Virus record (IMG/VR): IMGVR_UViG_3300038701_002477
Span: 1-37,540 of that record
Length of the DNA: 37,540 nt
Reading direction: 5' to 3' (one strand)
From: a virus
Of this stretch, positions 15,145 to 22,348 are shown piece by piece (position 1 is the stretch's first letter; every line of letters begins with the position of its first letter). The position numbers were made by a program, and so were the translations under genes. The notes below the pieces were generated by a model. That model did not search any database and was not told the origin of the DNA. It saw only the letters and a list, made by a program, of their open reading frames with translations.

Positions 15145-17643
15145 TTAAAGATTGAGAAATACGCCCTTAGTCACACGCCCATTAATGCGAGTTGTTGAGG
15201 ATTTTTGAAAATCATTGTGACGCGTTAAAACTTTTCCATAATCACAATACATTGTGTCATTTAGGGATCTTTTTAGCTGAATATTATTTGATGCAACAAA
15301 TAATAATTTCTTTTTTTCAAAATAACGCATTCCTAAAGAAGCCAAATCTTCATGCGCAAATTTAAGAGAAGGTTTTTCTTTTATCGAATTTATTGTGCTT
15401 AGCACTGAATATTTTCCACCAGGAACATAAGTTTGAAGTATTGCGTCAAAACATTTTTCAGCTTCTTCAATTGTATTATCTGACTCATAATCTGAGTCAC
15501 CTAAATTAAGCTCAGAAACCATATTCATAATAAATGGCATATCATCATCACAAATCTTTTCAGTTGAATGTAGGGCAAAATATGAGGCCATAGCGCAGCT
15601 TATTTGATCTGCTTGCCTTGGATCTCTTATCCAGTCAGAGCTAATAATTAAATCTTTAATAGTACTAATATTGTACCTTAAATTTGGAGCAGACTGCACC
15701 ATTCTAGAAAACAACCTTGGAGCATAACCCTTTATCTCATCAAACTTTTTCTGCACTGTAGGCCATAGCCTTATATCTGAATTTGCATTTGAATTCATTT
15801 CTATAACAAAAAATCTTGATACATCGGCTTGAGTTGGAAAGTAAGTCTGTATAGAGGCCAGGCAAAAAAGGGAATTAATATTGTACTCAATGGCTGTTCC
15901 CGATGCAGTCCCTCTAATGGTTTTTGCATTCATCCTTGAAGAGCATTGACGTATAACTTCCATGACTCCATTCATTCTTTTTCTTGTTTCAATTGAATTT
16001 GGTTCGGCTTCGTCAACAATCATTGGCATTGCATTATTTTTTAAATGCTGCCTTATAGAGGCCTCTGTTATTGATTGATAAATTTCGGAATCAAAAACCA
16101 GACTTGATAACATTTTTAATATTTCAGTTTTTCCTGATCCTTTATTTCCTGTTATCCATAGCTGAAACCTCCAATCAACTGCATTAAATATTTGAGCTAA
16201 TGCAAGCCATCCAGTTAAATAGATATAATCACCTGGATTTTTGTAATTTAATAACTTAAATGTATCAACTATTTTTTTACACTCTTCATCTTTTAATGGG
16301 TTTTCCCAATCAATAATCATAGGAAAGTTTGTAGTATAGAGGTATTTTGAATTTTTCACTTCATTAACAAACTCACCATCAACTATTTGTTTATCACCTA
16401 AATTTATAACTATTCGGCCATTATCAATCCAAGATCCATAGCCCCTTATATTTTGATGATTAAACCACCCTACTTGTCTTTGTTCTTCAAATATTTTTTC
16501 AATTGCATATTTTATATCTGCATATCCAGTCTCATTTCCTTCTTTGTCTTTTCTAAACCTATAGCGCTCACCCCAATATTTCTGTGATGCCATTGACATA
16601 AGATGCAATTCATTGTGCTGATTTACAGATAATGCCTTAAACTCCATTGACTGAGTATTAAGATAATAATACTTATCATCATCATGGCCAAGAAGTTTTA
16701 TATCTGTAAAATCTGACTCACTAAATTCAAGCTGTTTTTTCACTTCATCTATACTAGAAACCTGCATTAGGTCATTGAAATCTGTATTATTAGAATCAAA
16801 ATCTTCAAATTTTGGTATTTTAATTATTACGTTTGATAATTTTGACTTGCAAAAGAATGCTTTTTTTATGCCAATTTTCTTGGCCTCTTTTTTAGTATCA
16901 TTATCCGCGCCAATAATGATTTTGCATTTGGGGTTTATTCGCCTTAAAGTTTTGATGCATTCATAAAGGTTATTTGCATTCCAAGCACACACTGAAGGCA
17001 TATTAGTTGCTTCATATATAGTTGCAGCAGTTGAAAATCCTTCTGAAACATATATATGCTCAGCATCTTTTATTTTCCCAAATGGGCAAAATGATCCAGA
17101 TAACTTTATTCCAGAAGTAAACCTTTTAACTAGTTTAGACTCTTGATTTGAATAAAATATAAGCTGGCAACCTACTAGACCGCTTTCATCATATACAGGT
17201 ATTAGCAAGGTATTATTTGAATCAACTTTTGCCAGGTAGTTATCATTTAAATCTTTTTCAAGCATGTATTCATGTGGCCTGTCTGACTTGGAAGCTTCTT
17301 TAAATTTAACTTTCCATTTCTTTTTGCAGTCACTATTTTTTTTCTGAGTTTCATATTTCTCTTTTGCGAGCATTTCCTGCAAGACTTCTTTTTGTCTTTG
17401 CATAAATTGCGGAGTTTGTTTTTTTGTCTCGTAATTACGCCAAGTGTAGACTGTTGCGTTTCTCCAGTCTCCATACTTGACTATCTTTTGAGTATTGCCC
17501 TTGTACTCGAATTCTCTTCCAATGGCCCAAAAAGGGTATTTTCCTTGCGTGGTCTTAAATCTTTTTATCTCTCCATCAAAAGAAAATGGTTGAATTTCAT
17601 GATTCAAGTTCCTGGACATTTCACTGAATGCATCTAGTGACAT
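15145..17643 (-). CDS. Bifunctional DNA primase / SF3-type helicase (Toprim plus P-loop, P4 alpha-like architecture)
   Basis: Toprim signatures YVSEGFSTAATI and IIIGADNDT lie in the N-terminal half. Walker A ITGNKGSGKTE and Walker B MIVDEAEP lie in the C-terminal half. 832 aa. Confidence 0.85.
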   Translation of the reverse strand: MSLDAFSEMSRNLNHEIQPFSFDGEIKRFKTTQGKYPFWAIGREFEYKGNTQKIVKYGDWRNATVYTWRNYETKKQTPQFMQRQKEVLQEMLAKEKYETQKKNSDCKKKWKVKFKEASKSDRPHEYMLEKDLNDNYLAKVDSNNTLLIPVYDESGLVGCQLIFYSNQESKLVKRFTSGIKLSGSFCPFGKIKDAEHIYVSEGFSTAATIYEATNMPSVCAWNANNLYECIKTLRRINPKCKIIIGADNDTKKEAKKIGIKKAFFCKSKLSNVIIKIPKFEDFDSNNTDFNDLMQVSSIDEVKKQLEFSESDFTDIKLLGHDDDKYYYLNTQSMEFKALSVNQHNELHLMSMASQKYWGERYRFRKDKEGNETGYADIKYAIEKIFEEQRQVGWFNHQNIRGYGSWIDNGRIVINLGDKQIVDGEFVNEVKNSKYLYTTNFPMIIDWENPLKDEECKKIVDTFKLLNYKNPGDYIYLTGWLALAQIFNAVDWRFQLWITGNKGSGKTEILKMLSSLVFDSEIYQSITEASIRQHLKNNAMPMIVDEAEPNSIETRKRMNGVMEVIRQCSSRMNAKTIRGTASGTAIEYNINSLFCLASIQTYFPTQADVSRFFVIEMNSNANSDIRLWPTVQKKFDEIKGYAPRLFSRMVQSAPNLRYNISTIKDLIISSDWIRDPRQADQISCAMASYFALHSTEKICDDDMPFIMNMVSELNLGDSDYESDNTIEEAEKCFDAILQTYVPGGKYSVLSTINSIKEKPSLKFAHEDLASLGMRYFEKKKLLFVASNNIQLKRSLNDTMYCDYGKVLTRHNDFQKSSTTRINGRVTKGVFLNL

Positions 17644-17649
17644 AAATTC

Positions 17650-18597
17650 CTAGCTTTTGTTGTTTTTAATGAATGCAATATAAAACATAATAGCGATACA
17701 AGTAAATGGATATCTTAATGGCATATTGCATGTCATCGTAAATAATATTAATGAAGATATCGCAAATACCTGGAGTTTATCTTTTACTCTATAGATGCAA
17801 GATAAGATAGAAATTAGTAATAATATAATACCAATTAAACCAGTCTCCATATAAATTTGCAGCAAATCAGAATGTGCGTTTGGGAAAAGATTGTGCTTCA
17901 TTCCACTTAACATCTGAATATAAGCGCATAGGCCGTTATAACTTCCTAACCCTGCGCCAAATAAAGTTGAAACATTTTCGTTATGCCAATTAAAAAATAA
18001 AACCCAATTTTGCCATCTTTCCGAACTTGAAAAAAGCTGATTACCTATAAATAGATATGATATTGGTACTAATAGAAGATAATAAATATTAAAAGTTGAT
18101 ACTAATAAAAATATTAATATTCCAAATATCCCAATTGATGAGGTTGTTAGTATTGTGGCAATTAAATGCAATATTATAAAGAATTTACTTTTTGAGTGCC
18201 ACATCAAAGGAAAGGTCAACGCAAGGAATGTTCCTTCTGTTGATGTGTTTAGGTTTAAAAAAAAATTCTCAGGACTAATTATAATCATTATATTATTTGC
18301 AACAATTATTTTAAATAAAATTTGAGTTAATTTTATTGATATTTTCAATTTATTGCATAACATGAAACAAAATATAAAAATTAAAAATGACTGTGCACAT
18401 AATATTTTTATATTTGAAAAGCTATTTAGGCTTAGCGCTGTTGAAAACATCTTATATTGATAGTCATAATAAATCATGAATAATGAGTGGGTAGAAACGT
18501 ATAAAGAGAATAATTTTACGTAAAAATTATAATTTGATTTAATTATAAAAAATGAAACTATTGTAAGTATGAATATAAATATTTGAAGTTCATACAT
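17650..18597 (-). CDS. Polytopic membrane protein, O-antigen ligase/polymerase-like (Wzy_C / WaaL-type)
   Basis: About 9-10 hydrophobic segments. The C-terminal third carries SERW....FGAGLGSY........FPNAHSDLLQIYMETGLIGIILLL, matching the Wzy_C signature (R, GxGxG, AHN.yL..l.E.G..G). Its start overlaps the VRR-NUC gene end by 8 nt. Confidence 0.6.
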   Translation of the reverse strand: MYELQIFIFILTIVSFFIIKSNYNFYVKLFSLYVSTHSLFMIYYDYQYKMFSTALSLNSFSNIKILCAQSFLIFIFCFMLCNKLKISIKLTQILFKIIVANNIMIIISPENFFLNLNTSTEGTFLALTFPLMWHSKSKFFIILHLIATILTTSSIGIFGILIFLLVSTFNIYYLLLVPISYLFIGNQLFSSSERWQNWVLFFNWHNENVSTLFGAGLGSYNGLCAYIQMLSGMKHNLFPNAHSDLLQIYMETGLIGIILLLISILSCIYRVKDKLQVFAISSLILFTMTCNMPLRYPFTCIAIMFYIAFIKNNKS

Positions 18598-19033
18598 CAG
18601 ATTTTAACCATTCTATATACTCGTTTATTTCTTTCTCAACTTCTTTTTTATCTCTTGAAACTATATATTTACATCCAAGCATTTCATAGATTTTTTTCCA
18701 TTTTTTTTGATCTGGAGAAAGCTTCCCTGTTCCTGTTTTGGTTTCTATTGGAATAAATACTGGTATTTTTTTGCCATTAATAAGAATAGGTATTATAGCG
18801 TATTGATCACTCATCCCAGGTTTGTTAATAGAAATCAAATATTTAAAGTAACTCTTAGTTGCAAGCCATTGCTTAATTTGTTCCAATGAATAAAACTTTT
18901 TAATGGCCTCGATTATTCTAACTGATAAAAACTTTCCCACATGCTGATCAAAGAATCTGGCCATAGGAAAGACCTTTTGAAGGTATAGAGTTGTTCTATT
19001 TAAATTATCCTGATGATTTGCATATTTATTCAT
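18590..19033 (-). CDS. VRR-NUC (PD-(D/E)xK) nuclease
   Basis: GMSDQYAI......FIPIETKTGTGKLSPDQKKWKKIYEMLG fits the VRR-NUC D...E.K core followed by the S..Q..W helix. Confidence 0.65.
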   Translation of the reverse strand: MNKYANHQDNLNRTTLYLQKVFPMARFFDQHVGKFLSVRIIEAIKKFYSLEQIKQWLATKSYFKYLISINKPGMSDQYAIIPILINGKKIPVFIPIETKTGTGKLSPDQKKWKKIYEMLGCKYIVSRDKKEVEKEINEYIEWLKSDV

Positions 19034-19160
19034 AATTTAAAAATTTAAAAAAGGTAACTGTTAAATTAAATATATGTATAGGAATAAAAGCTATTATAGT
19101 TTTTTCAATCTTATTGCTTTTACCCCAAACATACTTAACATCTTCAATAAAATTTTTCAT
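19026..19160 (-). CDS. Micro-ORF, 44-aa membrane peptide (below the ORF-track cutoff)
   Basis: Hand-translated as MKNFIEDVKYVWGKSNKIEKTIIAFIPIHIFNLTVTFFKFLNYE. It has an ATGA overlap with the upstream stop, and its end overlaps the VRR-NUC start. Confidence 0.3.
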   Translation of the reverse strand: MKNFIEDVKYVWGKSNKIEKTIIAFIPIHIFNLTVTFFKFLNYE

Positions 19161-19366
19161 TTTGGCTTTCCATTATCATAAGCTGATACTGAGCTTTTGC
19201 ATATTTGACCATTATACTTATAAGTTACAGTCATTATTTTCTTCATCTTTTTGGCGCCCATTGCAGTATCATGTTGTATGTCAATTATTTCATCAACATA
19301 ATCAAAGACTTTATTTATTTTAATCTTTTGATTATTGGAAATATCAAACTTACTTAGATCAATCAT
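19157..19366 (-). CDS. Hypothetical small protein
   Basis: 69-aa ORF, coupled by overlaps to micro-ORFs on both sides. Confidence 0.45.
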   Translation of the reverse strand: MIDLSKFDISNNQKIKINKVFDYVDEIIDIQHDTAMGAKKMKKIMTVTYKYNGQICKSSVSAYDNGKPK

Positions 19367-19508
19367 TATCTAGCCGCCCCAATACCTCGTCAAGGTTTAA
19401 GTTTTTAGGGTTTATATCAAGTTTTTTAAGCTTATCAAATATTTGTTCGTCAAATGAATTATATTCAATATCTTCTTTTAGCTCTTTAATCTTTTCGTTT
19501 TCATTCAT
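19359..19508 (-). CDS. Micro-ORF, 49-aa acidic protein (below the ORF-track cutoff)
   Basis: Hand-translated as MNENEKIKELKEDIEYNSFDEQIFDKLKKLDINPKNLNLDEVLGRLDND. It has an ATGA overlap with the stop of 19505..19993. Confidence 0.35.
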   Translation of the reverse strand: MNENEKIKELKEDIEYNSFDEQIFDKLKKLDINPKNLNLDEVLGRLDND

Positions 19509-19993
19509 ATTTCGAACACCTTTTCCCAGCCTAGTTTTAATAAATCATCAGGAAGCCAGATTTTATTTCCAAGCTCTATACCTCTTCTAGATAGCACGTA
19601 TTCAGTACAATAAGAGTAATTATTTTTAGGTGAGTAATAAATATCATATCTAGAAAAACCATTATCATCTGGATCAGGTTCCATTGGCGGCCTTAATATA
19701 CAAATATAGTCACTATGAAAAAGAAGGTTTAAAATATGAATAACCCTTCTACCTGTTGATACCATTTCAGTTATATTCTCTTTGTAATAATCACAAGCAT
19801 GTGAATACTTTCCAGGAACCAGAATAGATGAAAGCGCAAATCTTGACCTTGTTAAAATTGCGTCATTATCCTTTATTTTGGATAATATTAAGTCATAGTC
19901 TTCTTTAGTTAACCTTGAGTAAAAAGAAAATGAAGGTATAAATGTAGTTATTAAAAATCTATATAATTTAAATCTTGCTAGAAATTTTAACAT
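19505..19993 (-). CDS. YiiX/YaeF-like permuted papain-fold (NlpC/P60 superfamily) hydrolase with an N-terminal hydrophobic anchor
   Basis: The order is His then Cys: DAILTRSRFALSSILVPGKYSHACDYY, then ICILRP, then YSYCTEYV. This matches the permuted C92/YiiX pattern. The N-terminus LYRFLITTFIPSFSFY is hydrophobic. Confidence 0.55.
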   Translation of the reverse strand: MLKFLARFKLYRFLITTFIPSFSFYSRLTKEDYDLILSKIKDNDAILTRSRFALSSILVPGKYSHACDYYKENITEMVSTGRRVIHILNLLFHSDYICILRPPMEPDPDDNGFSRYDIYYSPKNNYSYCTEYVLSRRGIELGNKIWLPDDLLKLGWEKVFEI

Positions 19994-20151
19994 TTAAGAT
20001 CCCACCAATTCTTTATATCTTTAAATACCTCACAGTAGCATTTATATATCTCGCAAATTGCGAATTTCAAGAACAAAGGCAGCGAAACAGCAACGATAAA
20101 CATCAAGCAAGAAATAAACAATGCTGTAAACCCTAAAAAAATATCTTTCAT
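19987..20151 (-). CDS. Small membrane protein with a Cys-rich charged tail (holin-like candidate, 54 aa, below the ORF-track cutoff)
   Basis: Hand-translated as MKDIFLGFTALFISCLMFIVAVSLPLFLKFAICEIYKCYCEVFKDIKNWWDLKC. It is preceded by an unusually strong RBS, GGAGGGGGAGGA. Its end overlaps the start of the YiiX-like gene. Confidence 0.5.
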   Translation of the reverse strand: MKDIFLGFTALFISCLMFIVAVSLPLFLKFAICEIYKCYCEVFKDIKNWWDLKC

Positions 20152-20187
20152 TCCTCCCCCTCCTATTATTACGCAAGTAATGCGTGG

Positions 20188-20730
20188 TTACATTTCTTGC
20201 AGTTTATATTTCTTTCCTTCAATCTCAACAACCTTACCATTACAACTTTCTTTTTTACCTACTCTTACCCCTGTTATTTCTTCAAATATATCTGGGCAGA
20301 AATTAGGCAAGTCTAGAAACCTCTGCTTATCATCGCTGTTTAACTTATCCCATGCATTTGCCCATGCCTCTTTATATGTTCGAGTTATCAAGGTACCTTG
20401 CTTGCTATGAAAATCAGGGTCATCTTTTTTCTGCTCGTGTGTCATATTATCTTCGCAAACCCACTCATTTATAGGTAAATGAATACAAGGGATATCAATC
20501 TCGGATCTTTTTAAATCTGTATCCTTGTTAAATAATCTCACGCTAGGCTCATTTGTATTGAAAAAACCTGAGTTGTAGTCACCTGAGTTGTAGTCACCTG
20601 AGTTGAGGTCACCTGAGTTGCGGTTACCTGAGTTGTAGTCACCTGAGTTGAAAAAACCTGAGTTGTAGTCACCTGAGTTGTAGTCACCTGAGTTGAGGTT
20701 ACCTGAGTTATTATTGTTGTCCATCATCAC
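20188..20730 (-). CDS. Pentapeptide-repeat protein with a distinct C-terminal domain
   Basis: The N-terminus is NSGNL NSGDY NSGDY NSGFF NSGDY NSGNR NSGDL NSGDY NSGDY NSGFF, ten consecutive pentapeptides. About 115 aa of non-repetitive sequence follows. Confidence 0.8.
   Translation of the reverse strand: MMMDNNNNSGNLNSGDYNSGDYNSGFFNSGDYNSGNRNSGDLNSGDYNSGDYNSGFFNTNEPSVRLFNKDTDLKRSEIDIPCIHLPINEWVCEDNMTHEQKKDDPDFHSKQGTLITRTYKEAWANAWDKLNSDDKQRFLDLPNFCPDIFEEITGVRVGKKESCNGKVVEIEGKKYKLQEM
20566..20715. repeat. Tandem array of ten 15-bp units (acctgagttgNNNNN) encoding the pentapeptide repeats
   Basis: Read directly. Five units are identical (acctgagttgtagtc). A 52-nt block at 20558-20609 recurs exactly at 20648-20699, an offset of 90 bp. 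Confidence 0.95.
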
Positions 20731-21028
20731 CCTCCATTATTTTTTCTATTTCTATTTTTGTTTGGCGTGCTTTTATGCCATCCTTAACAATACTTTGACC
20801 TGACATTCCACAATCTGAGCTTGCGTAATGATTAACACACTCTTCATACTTCTCAATAACTTTTTCGAGTTTGGTGATACGAGATTCTAATTGTTTGATC
20901 TCAATATATGTACTCAAGAACATTTCGCAATCATTGTAAAAGCCATTGAATCCAAAGTCTTCATACATATCCCTTCCAGGATCTAATTCGTAAAGTTCAC
21001 TCACTTCTTCTTCTCCTAATCTCGTCAA
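20711..21028 (-). CDS. Hypothetical coiled-coil protein (paralogue-like of 21188..21568)
   Basis: The track start is TTG. A GTG at about 21004 (VSELYELD) within the conserved AAGTGAGTGA junction is an alternative start. It contains QLESRITKLEKVIEKYEE..HYASS. Confidence 0.5.
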   Translation of the reverse strand: MTRLGEEEVSELYELDPGRDMYEDFGFNGFYNDCEMFLSTYIEIKQLESRITKLEKVIEKYEECVNHYASSDCGMSGQSIVKDGIKARQTKIEIEKIMEGDDGQQ

Positions 21029-21191
21029 CCGTTTCGCGGATCGCGCATTGTTTCTTCTTTACTTTCTTTGCTTCTTTATCGCCACAACACTTACAAAGGT
21101 AGCCCCCTTTTCCGAATGTATAATACGGCTTAGTGGTCACCCTTGTGGCACATATATAACACCATGAGGGTAGTATTCTTTTATCACTCAC
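20997..21191 (-). CDS. Small Zn-ribbon protein ending in the shared IRETVDEIR motif
   Basis: CxxC (CYIC) and CKCC pairs. GTG start in a GTGA overlap with the upstream stop. The C-terminus is AIRETVDEIRRRRSE. Confidence 0.5.
   Translation of the reverse strand: MSDKRILPSWCYICATRVTTKPYYTFGKGGYLCKCCGDKEAKKVKKKQCAIRETVDEIRRRRSE
21019..21043. repeat. 25-nt exact repeat, copy 1 (atctcgtcaaccgtttcgcggatcg)
   Basis: Identical to 21207-21231. It is GC-rich relative to its surroundings and encodes IRETVDEI at the 3' end of 20997..21191. Confidence 0.9.
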
Positions 21192-21568
21192 TTCTCTCTC
21201 CCTCGTATCTCGTCAACCGTTTCGCGGATCGTGGCTCGGGCTCCTTTGGCGCGTTTACCCCCCTTATGACAATAATAATCCTCATATTTATCCCATAAAT
21301 ATAAATCATCTATCATCATTTTTGGTTTATCCTTAATAGTAACTGCGTACCAGTTATTTGCACTCCCATAAAACTCAAGCCCCTCATCCGCCAAAAGCAA
21401 TTGTGATTCGATGTCCGCGATTCGCTTCTCTAAACCACTTATTTTATCTAAAATGTTTTCACCAACTTTTAGCTTTAAACAATTAACTCCAATAAATTCG
21501 TATCTTGTATATTTTTCTTTAACAAAATGCTCGAAGGCAATCAACTCACCATCTTTAAACTTATTCAT
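21188..21568 (-). CDS. Hypothetical coiled-coil protein ending in the shared IRETVDEIR motif
   Basis: 126 aa. It contains LEKRIADIESQLL...FYGSANNWY, and the C-terminus is ATIRETVDEIRGREK. Confidence 0.5.
   Translation of the reverse strand: MNKFKDGELIAFEHFVKEKYTRYEFIGVNCLKLKVGENILDKISGLEKRIADIESQLLLADEGLEFYGSANNWYAVTIKDKPKMMIDDLYLWDKYEDYYCHKGGKRAKGARATIRETVDEIRGREK
21207..21231. repeat. 25-nt exact repeat, copy 2
   Basis: Identical to 21019-21043. It encodes IRETVDEI at the 3' end of 21188..21568. The flanking junction AAGTGAGTGA is also shared. Confidence 0.9.
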
Positions 21569-21938
21569 CCTTGCCTCCTGTTTCTTTTAAAACTGCTTTG
21601 ATTTCATTAAGTATTAAATCTTTATTAGTTGTACATGATTTAAGCCCGATAAATATGAGATTATTTATTTTAGTCAGCGCATCTCTATATCGCTTGTTTT
21701 GTTTTTCGAGTTCCAGATTACAATTTTGCAACCTAACCATCTCAGAGTAACGCTCTTTGATTATTTCTTGTGCCCAATCTATCCATTCCTTGTTCGCGTG
21801 GAAGGCTTCTCTCGTTTGCTCCATACAAAGCTCGTTGACATTCTTTGTCCTTCTTTTATTGAACCACCCTTCCCAACTCAATATCTCTGGCTTGTTGTTA
21901 CTCATGGTTCGCGCTCCTTTAATAATAACCTTGCACAC
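21561..21938 (-). CDS. Hypothetical coiled-coil protein
   Basis: 125-aa ORF that overlaps both neighbours by short stretches. No motif was recognised. Confidence 0.45.
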   Translation of the reverse strand: MCKVIIKGARTMSNNKPEILSWEGWFNKRRTKNVNELCMEQTREAFHANKEWIDWAQEIIKERYSEMVRLQNCNLELEKQNKRYRDALTKINNLIFIGLKSCTTNKDLILNEIKAVLKETGGKDE

Positions 21939-22146
21939 TCTCAGAAATTAAATCTCTTTTTATTGTAAATTTATCACCTGATGACATTACTATAATTAGA
22001 TTATCAACCTCTTCGCCTGTTCCACTATCAATTTTTTCAAGCTCAACAAAATCAACCTTCATTGTATTTATTAAATAAATAAACCCTTCTACATCTGTTA
22101 TTTTTATAAATTTATACAAAGAAAGCCTATCTGCAATTTTTTTCAT
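21919..22146 (-). CDS. Hypothetical protein
   Basis: 75-aa ORF with an ATG start, in the gene string. Confidence 0.45.
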   Translation of the reverse strand: MKKIADRLSLYKFIKITDVEGFIYLINTMKVDFVELEKIDSGTGEEVDNLIIVMSSGDKFTIKRDLISESVQGYY

Positions 22147-22348
22147 AACAACCCTTTATAGACCTAATAGTTTTAAAAAAAATATCCAAAATGATAAAGA
22201 CAGTAAAAGCAGTGCTAAATAGACTGTTGACTCTTTTTTATTCATTTTAAATGTAAATCCATGAAATCATTGAGACGCAAGAAAGCAAAAAAAATACTAC
22301 TAGCATTAGCATTGATACAGAAATGACCTTATCCACAATTTCCCCTTA

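Noticed and set aside
20566-20715. Whether the 15-bp tandem array could be a CRISPR array or another non-coding satellite.
   Set aside because: The units are contiguous with no spacers, only 15 bp long, and lie in frame inside a long ORF, each encoding a pentapeptide. This is a coding repeat, not a CRISPR array.
22156-22312. Two tiny hydrophobic ORFs just downstream of the Amidase_3 gene, considered as holin or spanin candidates: a 21-aa ORF (MLMLVVFFLLSCVSMISWIYI, with an LLSC lipobox-like string) and a 29-aa ORF (MNKKESTVYLALLLLSLSFWIFFLKLLGL).
   Set aside because: ORFs of 21-29 codons arise easily by chance in AT-rich DNA. T-rich stretches also translate to Phe/Leu/Ile automatically, and the RBS context is poor. 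I note them only as something to re-examine if conservation or ribosome-profiling data become available.
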